64,000 bases of DNA, from the NCBI GenBank assembly GCA_000002435.2, contig CM018792.1; one strand, written 5' to 3'. Position numbers and translations under genes: made by a program. A model generated the notes under the pieces. That model saw nothing but the letters and a program-made list of their open reading frames with translations, did not search any database and was not told the origin of the DNA. Below are positions 27,062 through 38,500 of the stretch, one piece after another. Source of the stretch: Giardia intestinalis (taxonomy: Eukaryota). Within the stretch, counting starts at the first letter, position 1. Every line of letters begins with the position of its first letter.

Positions 27062-27751
27062 TCAAAATTCGTCCGACTCAATGAAGGGCACCAACTGGGA
27101 CGGCTGCTTGGGAGCCCACTGATGCAGATACTTTAGAAACCTGCGGTAAAGAAACCTTTTCTTCTCAAACTCTACAAATATGTCCTTATGGTGAAAATAT
27201 GCATGAGCCAGGATTCTGTATGATCGTCGCTCCAAGAAACTGTATGTTTTCTGTGCCTCCTGTACCATCTGCTTGTTTCCAGGAGGCAAAAAGTCAGCTG
27301 AGCAGTTCTTCACGAAGCTCGGCTCTCCCGAATCTAGAAGATGGGAACAATAACTAATTGCGCAACAATCCTGGGGGTCTGTGGAGTGCACTGTGCACAG
27401 AAACTTCCACTCTGCAGTGGCAAGCATGGTCGGGCACGTCTTGCTATCACAACTGTCTGCCAAATAGAAGAGCAAATGAGACATCTCCTGAAGAATCAGC
27501 CTCATGTTTTCATATCGCAAAATCTTCATGTTTATCGCTGAGCCCAAAGTGCGAAGCTCGAAGAAGAGATCCAGCTGATCAGGGCAAGCCCGGACGATGC
27601 TGTCCAGATAGTCCCTTATTCCCATCTGCATAACTCGGACGTCCGAAGTTGTGCCGACAACCTTGCTTAGTTTTAGTACCTTTCGTTCGTCATAATAGCT
27701 TGTGGGATAGGGTTGAGGATCTGGAAGGCCAGCCTCCACTACAAACTGCAT
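27062..27751 (-). CDS. MOB1: Mob1/phocein-family kinase activator
   Basis: KTCPTMLATAEWKF...RILAHAYFHHKDIFVEFE aligns with Mob1 ASCPVMSAGPRYEYHW...RVYAHIYHQHFDSVMQLQEE. Confidence 0.7.
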   Translation of the reverse strand: MQFVVEAGLPDPQPYPTSYYDERKVLKLSKVVGTTSDVRVMQMGIRDYLDSIVRACPDQLDLFFELRTLGSAINMKILRYENMRLILQEMSHLLFYLADSCDSKTCPTMLATAEWKFLCTVHSTDPQDCCAISYCSHLLDSGEPSFVKNCSADFLPPGNKQMVQEAQKTYSFLERRSYRILAHAYFHHKDIFVEFEKKRFLYRRFLKYLHQWAPKQPSQLVPFIESDEF

Positions 27752-27894
27752 TTTGATTTTTCACTTTTCATCTTTCATTTTAGATTTAGTATCTTCCCTT
27801 TTTAATTAAAATTGCAAAAACAAAAACAAATCGCGGTTTGGCCCAGCCAGCTTATCTGACAGTTTAACCAAGTCGGATTTGAATATAAGTATCT

Positions 27895-28893
27895 ATGGAG
27901 CCGTCGCATGGGCCGAATCCAGAACTCTACAGAGTAACCGATCTTCATGTTGATCTCATCGAGAAATACAAGCAATCCAAGGGACTGGGAGAAAAGAAAA
28001 ATAAAGTTTACGCTGCGTTCAAGACACTCTATGAGCTCTTAGAAAGATCTCCCTACGAGACACAAACAGGCCTTCTTCACGATTTAGCCATCATGGTGGA
28101 CCTCCTATGTCTGGAGTCTGGCCTTCTTTCTGTCCGCAGCTCGTGCGAGCTATTCAAGGCCTTTGTTGTTCGAAAGATGGGAGAAGTGACGTCTCAAAAT
28201 ACATTACAAAAAGTCAAGCAAGAAATTCTGGCAGGTAGCCAAGCCGTCCTCCACAATCTTGAAATGGCACACGACAGAATTGCCGTCAATGCATTTCCAT
28301 ACATAGTTGATGGAAGCACTATTGGTATTTTCGGAGAGTCCTCATGTGTACTTTCAGTTCTGAAGTACGCTAGCACACGTAGGCGAAATTTGTCCGTTAT
28401 TATTATTGCAACTTTCACAATGCGAGCAGAGGACGCTACGTTTCTAGAGCTGGCTCGGGTTCTCTCTAGTCATAACGTTAACGTTATGATTATGTCCGAG
28501 GGCGCCCTTATTTCACGCATTCATAGTGTTTCTTTCTTCTTGCTCGGAGCAGATATGCTGAGCAAGAATGGAGGATTGGTTAACAACATAGGGACCAAGA
28601 ACATAGCAATCGTGGCAAAGTCGTATCGAAAGCCCATATACGTGGCCACAGAGACCGTTAAGTTCAGCAACATATACATGCTGACAAACGATGACATCCC
28701 CAAGACCGGTAGCAGGGCTCGGTACAGCATTGGTAATGAGTCTAAGCTGGTAGTTTCCCGTATGGGTATAGCTTTCGATGACTCCACACACGATCTCACA
28801 GAACCGGAGAATATTTCTCTTATCTTTACCGATGAAGGCGTACACACTCCTGAGTCTATGGCTGGGAGCATTATCAGAGCGCTCTACTCGTAA
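27895..28893 (+). CDS. eIF-2B alpha/beta/delta family subunit (IF-2B domain)
   Basis: GSTIGIFGESSCVLSVLKYA...NVMIMSEGALISRI...LLGADMLSKNGGLVNNIGTKNIAIVAKSYRKPIYVATETVKFS matches the eIF2B/MtnA-family core (HCHSS..., [20 protein letters not shown], AKxxNKPFYV). Confidence 0.6.
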   Translation: MEPSHGPNPELYRVTDLHVDLIEKYKQSKGLGEKKNKVYAAFKTLYELLERSPYETQTGLLHDLAIMVDLLCLESGLLSVRSSCELFKAFVVRKMGEVTSQNTLQKVKQEILAGSQAVLHNLEMAHDRIAVNAFPYIVDGSTIGIFGESSCVLSVLKYASTRRRNLSVIIIATFTMRAEDATFLELARVLSSHNVNVMIMSEGALISRIHSVSFFLLGADMLSKNGGLVNNIGTKNIAIVAKSYRKPIYVATETVKFSNIYMLTNDDIPKTGSRARYSIGNESKLVVSRMGIAFDDSTHDLTEPENISLIFTDEGVHTPESMAGSIIRALYS

Positions 28894-28931
28894 CTGTATG
28901 GCTATGGCTGTGAATTTTATTACTTTCACGT

Positions 28932-29468
28932 TTAGTAGATATCATTTATCACGACTTGGGCAGGTCTGATGACTGTGCCCTTATGGAGGAGACCAGGCTG
29001 CAGTGTTTCGCAAACAGTATTGGACGGAAGCGAAGAATCTTCTATGACACGAACAGCATTATGAAGACTAGAGTCGAACATATCTAGGCGATTGGGTGCT
29101 ATTCTTTGGGCTTCCAAAGTGTCTAGTACTTGATCAGCTAGGGAGTGGGTCGCAGCGATACTTTCTTGGATCTCGTGGAGATGTTTGGTAAGTGCCCCAC
29201 GAGACTTTGGATGGGATTTTGCTTGGGCATGTAATCCATCCACCGCATCTAGAATCTTAAGTAGTTCACGAAGGCACCGCTGCGTTGCTTCTATCCTTGC
29301 TTCTGCCACAGCATCTGCCTGGGCCTCTGCTGCGGATTGCCGTTCTGCCAAGAGAAGCTTGAGCTGCTGTTCAATGGTAGATGAAGATGGCTTCACAAGT
29401 CCTCTCATCAACCTCATAAGGACGCTAGTACCAGCCATACTCGAAGGACTAAGTGCAGAAAGCGCCAT
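28932..29468 (-). CDS. hypothetical alpha-helical protein (178 aa)
   Basis: ATG at complement 29466-29468; no motif recognised. Confidence 0.4.
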   Translation of the reverse strand: MALSALSPSSMAGTSVLMRLMRGLVKPSSSTIEQQLKLLLAERQSAAEAQADAVAEARIEATQRCLRELLKILDAVDGLHAQAKSHPKSRGALTKHLHEIQESIAATHSLADQVLDTLEAQRIAPNRLDMFDSSLHNAVRVIEDSSLPSNTVCETLQPGLLHKGTVIRPAQVVINDIY

Positions 29469-30436
29469 CTAGCCCTGAAAGCCTTTAATAATTATAAGGC
29501 TAGACTTTGGTTTCATGACGAGTTTTACGAAAGACCTAACCATAAACACTATAGCGCGTTTCTCATGAACCCCTTAGTGTCAAGGTAACATTGATGGTTC
29601 TGCTCGTTTCATTTTTCAAATCCAAACAATTCCATACAGAGTGTACTTTCTTCGGTGAAAGTGCGGCGAAAAATGGATTGCCTCATTGTCAAAGAGGTAA
29701 TTCCATGTCTTAGATAAGAGGATTATCTTTCTCTTTTTCTCAAGGAGCTCCTTAATGAACTGAATGTACTTTCAAGGTGGTGAGAAAAGACTGAAAGGCT
29801 GTTATCCTGCTTTCAGAGGACCTGGTTTGGTGTATATCGGTGACACATCACAGTTATGTTGAATAACACGGAGGTATCGATGAGTGGACGCACAAGGATT
29901 GAAGGCGATGAGCCACAGGGGCTTCTATGAACTGCTCACGGTGAGTGGAAGTACCGTAGATACCTTCGCTACGGTGGGCGGGCGGCTTGCAGGGTGGAAT
30001 TGGCAGCCTGGACGAATCAAGGGCGGCGGATATGTTGCCGTCTCATTCCATCAATAGCATGGTTGGCTTGCGAGATGGAAGCAGTGGCTGCGGCGAAGGC
30101 ACGTGAGGCGTCCAGATGAGGTGCGCAATGCAAGGGACATCAGCACTCCAACTGCGCAACCGGTCAGTGCAGGGCGGTCCGCGGCGTCGAGGTCTGTATG
30201 AGGTGCCATCGCGGACATCGCTGTAGTTGCTGTCATCGTCGTTGGGGAGCTTATTGGGTTCCTCTGCCGAGGCAGGGCGTAGACTTAGATAGTAAACGCG
30301 CCGACTGGTGCGGTGTCAGACTCTTCTGTGCTTAGTGTAGCTCCACGAACCACTGGACCTATGCACAGAGTCGTCTACTCAGCCGCAGCTGACAAGCTTA
30401 CTTTGCTGAAGTAAAGCAGGCTCCAAAGAAAATAAA

Positions 30437-30769
30437 ATGGGCCTCAAGTTTCTGACGACAATGAGCCAGTTGCATGACCACTATGCAAATAACCCGACAG
30501 AAGAATTTGCAGCCTTTGTGATATTTTCAGATGGCTACAATGCCACACCAATCGGAACTAACGAGGGGGAAGTCCTCGATTTATCTGATTTTACTCGTTA
30601 TGGGAATGGGGAGCCCAATACGACTTGCCTACTGATTGGCAACATGGAGAACCGGAGCGTCAGTATAATACCATTTGATAACGTCCCGTCCCTGGCTTCC
30701 ATCAATGAGTTCGCTGCTCTGACCACCATGGAGCAATTTCATTGTCTATTTGCAGGAATAGGAGGTTAA
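30437..30769 (+). CDS. hypothetical small protein (110 aa)
   Basis: ATG in an AATAAAATG context after a 1-kb ORF-free spacer; the stop abuts the stop of the convergent Brix gene. Confidence 0.35.
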   Translation: MGLKFLTTMSQLHDHYANNPTEEFAAFVIFSDGYNATPIGTNEGEVLDLSDFTRYGNGEPNTTCLLIGNMENRSVSIIPFDNVPSLASINEFAALTTMEQFHCLFAGIGG

Positions 30770-30770
30770 T

Positions 30771-31817
30771 TTACTCTTTGCTGCTTTGGGAGCTATCCTC
30801 GTCCTCGTCCTCATCTGTATACTCTTCATCATCCAGCTCTTCTTCTAATTCACCTTCACCTTCACCCTCACCTTCATCTTCACTTATTTCATCTACTTCA
30901 TCTATTTCATTAGTAGGCTGAGGCGGCCTCTTGGGTGCCATAAAGTATTTGCCATCGTGTCCACCATAAATGTCTACAGTGGAGATCTTTCCATAAACCT
31001 CTTCAAATCCTTCGCGTGAAAGAGCCAGGTCAATAGGATCGACTGGTAAAGTTTTATCCCTTTGATTATATATTTCCTTCTCCCGTAGCTTTTGTTGTTG
31101 CTGCTTAAATTCTCTTGCACGCTGTTGCTTGGCCCTCTCTCCTGGGCTAACGTAGTTCTCGTTTCTCCATAGTATGTCTCCACACATTACAGAAGATAGA
31201 ATCTGGAAAGGTATAAGTACGAATGAAGGGCCGGTCTCCGCGAGGCTATATTGATCTGCACCCTGTTTAATGTTTGTGTTCTTTTGAATAGAATAAACCC
31301 GGAAATCTATGGAAATGCCATCTTCGCGTACGCGAAATGCTATTACGTGATCCACAAATGGAACGCTCTTGTGGTGGAGGTGCGGTGTTGCAAATATGCG
31401 CTTCATCAGCTCTTTAATAATCCGGAGCTCGTACTTTTCTGGTTGGTCAAACTCGTGAGAAAATGATAATATTGGGCGAGTAAATCTATGAAAGTTTCCC
31501 TGGTAGCGCATCCGATCACTAGTTAGTAGGTTGGCTACCTGGAACTTGACGGTTGGCCCTTCGGGGTAAGATGTAGCCCAAAGGATGAGCTCAGTGCGCT
31601 GTCGCATCTCCCAATACAGCGCGTGGTCACATGTTCTGAGCCTTATCACCTCCATCAAGGCAGACACCGGCAGTGCTGTGTTAAATTTGCTCTCTTTCTT
31701 ATTGTGAGGAATGAGCCTCTCCAAGTCTGTTTTCATCTTACTGAACATCCCCGTGGTCCCTTTGCACGTTATCATCATAACCTTGTGGCGTGGGTAGACA
31801 TGCTTGTCTGCAGGCAT
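30771..31817 (-). CDS. Brix-domain ribosome biogenesis protein (Ssf1/Peter Pan/Brx1-like) with acidic C-terminal tail
   Basis: Brix-like core (MMITCKGTT...ELILWATSYPEGPTVKFQ...HVIAFRVREDGISIDFRVYSI) followed by an EDEGEGEGEGELEEELDDEE acidic tail, encoded by simple repeats at 30780-30900. Confidence 0.5.
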   Translation of the reverse strand: MPADKHVYPRHKVMMITCKGTTGMFSKMKTDLERLIPHNKKESKFNTALPVSALMEVIRLRTCDHALYWEMRQRTELILWATSYPEGPTVKFQVANLLTSDRMRYQGNFHRFTRPILSFSHEFDQPEKYELRIIKELMKRIFATPHLHHKSVPFVDHVIAFRVREDGISIDFRVYSIQKNTNIKQGADQYSLAETGPSFVLIPFQILSSVMCGDILWRNENYVSPGERAKQQRAREFKQQQQKLREKEIYNQRDKTLPVDPIDLALSREGFEEVYGKISTVDIYGGHDGKYFMAPKRPPQPTNEIDEVDEISEDEGEGEGEGELEEELDDEEYTDEDEDEDSSQSSKE

Positions 31818-31905
31818 CGAATTAAATGCAAATCGGCAGATTGTAATAAAGTAGCATTTTCAATTGAATTGCTTTCACTTAAGTAATTAAGAATTTCTGA
31901 ACTGC
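31818..31905. promoter_or_regulatory. 88-bp AT-rich bidirectional promoter between Brix (-) and TCP-1 alpha (+)
   Basis: Divergent ATGs at 31817 and 31906 with an A/T-rich spacer. Confidence 0.35.
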
Positions 31906-33558
31906 ATGACCAGCAACGCCATCTTCTTGCCAGGTGAACTCAACTCAGGAAACAGTGTGCGTAAGGAGAATATTTCTGCAACCACTGCATTAGCAGGGAT
32001 CATCCGGACGACCTTAGGCCCAACCGGGATGGACAAAATGTTGATAGATAGCATGGGCGAAGTCACAGTCACCAACGATGGTGCGACCATTCTGCAAAAG
32101 CTCAACGTTGCCCATCCTGCGGCAAAGATCCTGGTGGAGCTTTCTTCCCTTCAGGATAGGGAAGTTGGTGATGGCACCACCAGTGTGGTCATCTTTGCAT
32201 CGGAATTCCTTAAGGAGGCAGACGAGCTTATCGGCCGTAACATGCACCCCACAATTGTGATTGAGGGCTATCAACTGGCCCTAAAGAAAGCATTGAACTA
32301 TATAGAGAAACGCCTCAAGGTCAACGCCTCTGCATTGACACGCGAGAATTTTCTGAACGTTGCCCTCACATCACTGTCTTCGAAGATTGTCAGTCTAACC
32401 GCAGAGCACTTCGCCAACATCGTCGTTGACGCTGTTTTTGCCGTCAAGCACATCACAGAGGCAGGCGTCACTAAATATCCAATAAAGTCTATTGGAATTC
32501 TGAAGGCTCATGGAGGCGCTGCGCGAGAGTCTTATCTTGTCAAGGGCTTTGCTCTGCACCAATCCAGGGCTTCCTTGCAGATGCCGAGTTCTGTCAGGGC
32601 GGCGAAGATAGCTCTTTTGGACTTCAATCTTCAGCAGCAACGCCTTGCTGTGGGGACTCAGATTCTTATCACCGATGCATCAAAGATGGAGGGCGTGCGC
32701 CAAATGGAAAACGACATAGTTAAGAAGCGCATTGAGGTGCTCCTGGCAGCAGGGGCAACGGTTGTCTTCACCACAGGAGGAATTGATGATATGGCGCAAA
32801 AATACCTTGTGGAGCAGGGCATAATGGGCGTACGACGTATACCAGCAGACGACATGAAGCGCATAGCGAAGGTGACTGGTGGAGAGATACTGGGGACTCT
32901 TGCAGACCTCGACGGGGAGGAGACTCTACCTCCTTCTTGCCTTGGGTTTGCCGAGGAAGTAATAGAGGAACGCATTGCTGATGATAATATCATCTTCATA
33001 CGAGGCGGGAAAGGAAGAGCGACAGGTTCCATTATTCTCCGCGGGCCAAATATCCACATGGTGGAAGAGATGGAGAGGTCCATACACGACGCTCTGTGTG
33101 CTGTCTCGAAGACCCTGGAGTCGGATGCCGTGGTCGCAGGTGGAGGGTGCATTGAAACCGCGCTGAGTGCTTATCTGGAGGAGGTCGCACGGTCTATCGA
33201 TAATAAAACACAGCTTGCTGTGATGGCCTTCTCTCGTGCCCTTTTAGCCATTCCGCGGCAACTGGCGGTGAATTCTGCCCTGGATGCAACCAAACTTATT
33301 GCAGAGCTGCGCGCAGTTCATGCCAGAGCCATACTCAAAGAAACTCCTGCTGAGGAGAAAGAAAAACTTAGGCATTATGGTCTGGATCTTCAGAACGGCG
33401 TCATATGTGACAACGTCCAGGCAGGAGTTCTGGAGCCTATGTCTAACAAACTTAAGAGTCTTTCCTTTGCGGTGGAAGCTGCTGTGACGATTCTCAGGAT
33501 AGATGACAGCATAAGATTGAATCCAGAGCAGCAGCAATCCGTCCAGGATCACCATTAA
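31906..33558 (+). CDS. TCP1: T-complex protein 1 subunit alpha (CCT1), group II chaperonin
   Basis: IIRTTLGPTGMDKMLID..VTVTNDGATIL, EVGDGTTSVVIFASEFL, VFTTGGIDDMAQKYLVEQGIMGVRR and GGGCIETALS match TCP-1/cpn60 signatures; alpha-subunit-like throughout. Confidence 0.9.
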   Translation: MTSNAIFLPGELNSGNSVRKENISATTALAGIIRTTLGPTGMDKMLIDSMGEVTVTNDGATILQKLNVAHPAAKILVELSSLQDREVGDGTTSVVIFASEFLKEADELIGRNMHPTIVIEGYQLALKKALNYIEKRLKVNASALTRENFLNVALTSLSSKIVSLTAEHFANIVVDAVFAVKHITEAGVTKYPIKSIGILKAHGGAARESYLVKGFALHQSRASLQMPSSVRAAKIALLDFNLQQQRLAVGTQILITDASKMEGVRQMENDIVKKRIEVLLAAGATVVFTTGGIDDMAQKYLVEQGIMGVRRIPADDMKRIAKVTGGEILGTLADLDGEETLPPSCLGFAEEVIEERIADDNIIFIRGGKGRATGSIILRGPNIHMVEEMERSIHDALCAVSKTLESDAVVAGGGCIETALSAYLEEVARSIDNKTQLAVMAFSRALLAIPRQLAVNSALDATKLIAELRAVHARAILKETPAEEKEKLRHYGLDLQNGVICDNVQAGVLEPMSNKLKSLSFAVEAAVTILRIDDSIRLNPEQQQSVQDHH

Positions 33559-33560
33559 CC

Positions 33561-33567
33561 AGTAAAC
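33561..33567 (+). promoter_or_regulatory. AGTAAAC poly(A) signal for TCP1
   Basis: AGTRAAY match 3 nt after the TAA stop. Confidence 0.45.
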
Positions 33568-33625
33568 ATCCTGTCTCATATGTTCTGGTCCCGACCCAGC
33601 CAAAAATCTCCAACCAAAAATTTAA

Positions 33626-35452
33626 ATGGCTACTAGAGCATACACGACCCAAGGCGGACGCAGCGATCCAGCGATTGAAACCAAGTACAAGGACCTTGAT
33701 GCAAAATACAAGCTTTTGGTCAATGATCGGAAGGCCATTCACGAGACTGCTGAAAATAAAATCGCCCAAAATAATGCCATCATAGACGCTCTCACCCAAG
33801 AAAACAAGACCTTAAAGAAGACTCTGATTTCTATTAGCAAGGCGCCACCCCCACGCCCAAATACAACTCCTGCTGGGGCTAGATTACAAAAGCAGACCCA
33901 AAAGAAGGTAGATGAGCGTGACCAGCTGAGCGCAGCATGCACAGACACAGGTATTCAAGTTCTTCGCGTGGAAGTCAACAAGCTCAAGTTGCGCCTCGAT
34001 GAGGCTAGGCATCAATATAACACCAAGAGCAACCTTTTAGAACAGCGAGAAGACGCACTAGCACTCATACAAAAGGAAATAGACAGACCAGAGCCTGTCG
34101 TGGAGGCTGGAATGGAACGAATTCGGGACTTGGAAAATAGATATGATGATGCCTGTATCAAAGAGCGAGAAGCTACGTCTGTCCGCAACACCTACAACGC
34201 AATTCTCGCGAGATTGAAAGAAGAAAAGATATATTTCAACACCCAGATATCAAACATCACTGCTATGAACAGGAATAGAGACGCGGACATCAAGCAGCTT
34301 GATACTTATCTGCAGGAGGCCATAGCAGCGTCCTCCCTCGTATACAACGAGTACGAAGAGTACAAAGAGTACTGCGAGGTCGACAAGCAATCCCGCAGAG
34401 CTGCTTTGATGCGAAGGAGACAGGAGGTAGAAGCTGCTGTAGAGGATGAGCGACGCCTTGAGAAGCAACGCCTTGAATCCCGCCTCTCAGAGGAGGCAGA
34501 ACTTAAAGCAGCTGCGGAAGCGGCTGGAAACATCAAACTTGACGAGGCGTCTAGTGACTACGACGACGATGATCTCGGAACAGTGGGGACAATCCACTGC
34601 AAGCGCCGTGCAAAACTAGAATACTTTAAGACAGTACTTTCTAAACTCAAGGAAAACACTGGAATATCAGATATCAAAGAGTTTGTTGACAAGTGCATCA
34701 ACCAGCCTATTAATAGAAGTTCTCTGCAGAACCTAACCATTGAGTTCAATCAGAAGCTAACAGGGGTTGCTCAGGATATCGCATACCACAGAACCCTGAA
34801 CTCGGACGCTCAGTTCACTGCGGACACATCCGGATCTCGTCGTGTCGTGGATCGTTTAGAGTTCAATATTAGTGAGGAAAAGTTCCGCAATTCTAGTCTT
34901 CAGCAGCGCTACAAATTTACTCTCGATATACTAGGACAGCTGGCCAGGGGAGCACAGCACATCTGTGAGCTTCTGCTCCTAGTGAAGGATGACTCTACTA
35001 TCGAAGCCAACCTCCTCCCCATGCCAATGGCGATAGACGGCGATTTACAGACTCAGGAAAAAGCTGTGGACGCTGTCATTACAAAGCTCGAGACCATACG
35101 CAACAAAATCCGCGTTTTGGCGACTGCTGTGAAGATTACAGATATACCGAGCTCCACTATGCGTATTACTCAGCGAGAACAGTGCGCTATAGTGAAGGGA
35201 GATGAGGAGCCCTTCAACCTTGTCGACGGGAGCTTAGTAAAGGCTCCAGATGAGGAGGGTGACACACAGGTCAACACAGAAATAATGATTGACTTACCGG
35301 GTGTTGGTCAGAGAAGAGACGAGTTTGACTTTACAACATCCAACCAACCAGAGGTAGACACGATCACCACCACCGAACGGTCTGCCATCAAGCGACGCTC
35401 GGAACTCTTTGCCTATCGTGCACGTCAAAAAGCACAGGAAAATTCATATTAA
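33626..35452 (+). CDS. coiled-coil protein (608 aa)
   Basis: Long heptad-rich, charged sequence (KLKLRLDEARHQYNTKSNLLEQREDALALIQKEIDR...); no catalytic motif. Confidence 0.5.
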   Translation: MATRAYTTQGGRSDPAIETKYKDLDAKYKLLVNDRKAIHETAENKIAQNNAIIDALTQENKTLKKTLISISKAPPPRPNTTPAGARLQKQTQKKVDERDQLSAACTDTGIQVLRVEVNKLKLRLDEARHQYNTKSNLLEQREDALALIQKEIDRPEPVVEAGMERIRDLENRYDDACIKEREATSVRNTYNAILARLKEEKIYFNTQISNITAMNRNRDADIKQLDTYLQEAIAASSLVYNEYEEYKEYCEVDKQSRRAALMRRRQEVEAAVEDERRLEKQRLESRLSEEAELKAAAEAAGNIKLDEASSDYDDDDLGTVGTIHCKRRAKLEYFKTVLSKLKENTGISDIKEFVDKCINQPINRSSLQNLTIEFNQKLTGVAQDIAYHRTLNSDAQFTADTSGSRRVVDRLEFNISEEKFRNSSLQQRYKFTLDILGQLARGAQHICELLLLVKDDSTIEANLLPMPMAIDGDLQTQEKAVDAVITKLETIRNKIRVLATAVKITDIPSSTMRITQREQCAIVKGDEEPFNLVDGSLVKAPDEEGDTQVNTEIMIDLPGVGQRRDEFDFTTSNQPEVDTITTTERSAIKRRSELFAYRARQKAQENSY

Positions 35453-35528
35453 TATTATGTTTCTACATTACTAATTCCATTGTGATCCAAGGATTGGTAA
35501 AATAGTAAATCTCCGATTAAAAATCTTC

Positions 35529-38500
35529 ATGGTCAAAGAGGCTAGTGCACGGAAACCGCCGCCCCGCACACAAGCACGCGAGGGGCGTGGCAGCTGGGCG
35601 GGGCTTGCTATACAAACTTACAAGCGTGATGGATCTCTGAATATTATGCTCAAGCCTATGATCCTTGGATTACTAAGCTCTATTCAAGAAATACCTCCTC
35701 TATTCTATCACCCACATTCGCAACTTACAGGAAGTCGTCGCAAAGGGATAGATCCCGAGTCCTTTTGGCTCAAGATTCAAGACATGGTGATATTCGACCC
35801 AGACCCCCAGGCCCCGTCATACTCACTCCGTGCTCCACTGATCAACAAGGATCTTGCAGCAGATCGCATAGGTGCAGGGTCAAAGTATCATTTGGCACTC
35901 CAAAAGACACTGCAGCCAGAGTATGTTAACCTGGGTCAGAGGGTTCAGCGAGAGAACATAGAAGAGATTGCTGATGCGCTCTGCTATGGACTAGAGCCAG
36001 CGTTAAGTAACTCGTTTAAATGCATTAGGATTACCGCCTCCATATGCTTAAGTGGATTTATGATTGGACTGTCTTCTACTAGTACAGCATCGAGCTACGT
36101 ACTGACCAACTACATGCAGGATAAATTTCTCAGGACCATGCTCTACGATATTTGCGATATAGTTCGCTACGTAGCATGCACAACCGTTACTAGTCTACTT
36201 TCTCCTTCCAACGCATCACCAAGTATTCTTAGCACCCTACAAGCAGTGGCAAAAAATAATATTACAGATCCTTCTCCATCCATTCGCATTTCTGGATTTG
36301 TCCTTATTATGAAAGTGTTAGGTCTCAGTAGCAGTTTAATGACCTCGGCGTCAAAGGCTGACAAAAACAAATTAGTCGCCCTCGTAGCACAAAATTGGCA
36401 ACAACACAGTCAATTGTATTGCAATCTTTTTAAGGATGAATGCCCAGAGTCAGCTGCGTTGGCCGTCCTCACTGTCCACACATTTCTTCGTCTTCTTCCT
36501 GTATTCGGGCAATCGCCTAGTGCAGATAAAATCCATGAGCTTACTAGGCATATGATGTCTGTCACATTTTCGACAGAGCGGACTCTGCGTAGAGTGGCAG
36601 GATTGGCCTATCTTGGCTTTTTCTCAGAGATTGCTAGCGACTCAAATTCAGGCACACTTGATCCAGTGACTCATTATCCACAGGCATTTTTCGATAGTGT
36701 ATATGCAAGCACGCTGAAAGAATCGCCGACAAAGGTCAGCCTTACATGCATAGCGGAGTCTCTTGTCGATATACTTGCATCACTTCCTCAAAGCAGCTTA
36801 CCTAAGGACTTCTTTTCAAGCTTGCTTTTGCATTTGGTGGACACTCTTAGTAATGAAGCCTTTCTTCATACAATTACTTTTGTATCTGCATGCCTTATGC
36901 AGTCCTACCATGGAAGGATCCCTCTATTTGATCACGTAGTTTTGCAGCCCGTGGAGAGCGTCTTCTATGATGAAGCCTTGGATACTCTTAAACATCTGCC
37001 TGAACTCTTTGCACAGGAACAGGATAAGATACCCTACCAGTATATCTACAAAGTCCTGTTGGACGAGGAGGACACTTTTCTTGCAGAGGCAAACTATACT
37101 GCTATATCCGAATGTATTCTGAGCCCTGTGCCCATTTTTCCCTCTAGCACCACTACAGATACATCACCTCAACAAGGTGCCAAGCCCAGCTTTTCATTGA
37201 CATCACTTTATCGTAGGTTTACTTCTGTTTTTGATTCGTTTAGAGCAGATAATCTGACCAACAAGCTTGAGGACGTATGTACTGCATTTCTTTATTTACT
37301 GTACCTCCTTGTTAATCAAAACAATGTCTTACCTACTGACGGCAGTCCCAATTTAATATCTGACACGTTTCGGAAAGAGCTGGAGGTGGTTTACGAAGGC
37401 CTCTTCACCACAATCTTCCCTAGCATGAATTCGGCACTCTATCATAGCATTTCTAATAACGCACTAATCTATCAGTCCAATGCATCTGACAAGGGCGATA
37501 ATTCGCTGCGACACGTAAAGTTAATTCCGAAGCTCATTGCTCAGTATTTGCAACTGAGTGGAGGTGCTGCGCAATCTCTTCTATCAACCCTCATTCGAGA
37601 GCAACTTATGAGCATCTATTCCACCTTACTTAGGCGCGAGCTTCCCTCGCTGCAATATGGCTTCTTGGCCGACATAGTGAGCTGCGTGACCCCAGCAGAC
37701 CTGACTCTTTATGATAACACAGTCTCGTTGCTCAAGCTAGACCCTTTGCACCTCCAATCAGCAGCATATTATGAGCTCGACGCACTTCTTCGGATCTTCC
37801 TTGTTTCACTGATATGGCTCAAAGGTTCCTCACGCGTATCAGAGGGGATTCTGGACAACTTTCTGTTCAACTTGCTTATGCCAATTACCTTCGTCACTCT
37901 TCGTTCCTGTATCTACCTTATGGCCGAAATAAAGAAAGGTATCCGTATCTTAGCCATTCAAAGACACCTCTTACAGCATCCCGGCCTGCTGTCTCTGATA
38001 TCTACTGTCATGCAGACATGCCTTGTCCTTTACACATCCTTCTCCGACTACTATAATAACCAAAACACAGATCGATCGAAGATGGAGAACCTTTCTGATT
38101 TGATTCTACACATGTACTTTTGTGCACACTTCCTCGGGAAAGAGTTTTTGAGTGCACGAGATGATTGCATATCTGATCTAAAACTTCTCACAACAGCAAG
38201 AAGAGCTGATACAGCTAGTCTAGTGGAACAGAATCCTAACATCACAAAATCAACATATTATCTACTTGTGAAGGCAGATAAATCTACTAAATCTTTAATA
38301 GAACTAGCCTTTCAAACAACCTTCACAATCTTTCGAGATAGTCTTTGCTATTATGTATATCTCTATGCTAATCTATTTAGTATGACTCTGGGAAACAGGT
38401 TTCTTTTGAATAACAGGTTTACCAACTTGTCCTGTCCTTCGATGTTTAGTAGCCAAGCAGGAGCCATCAAGGTCATCCCGGCATATGCAAATCAGTTCGT

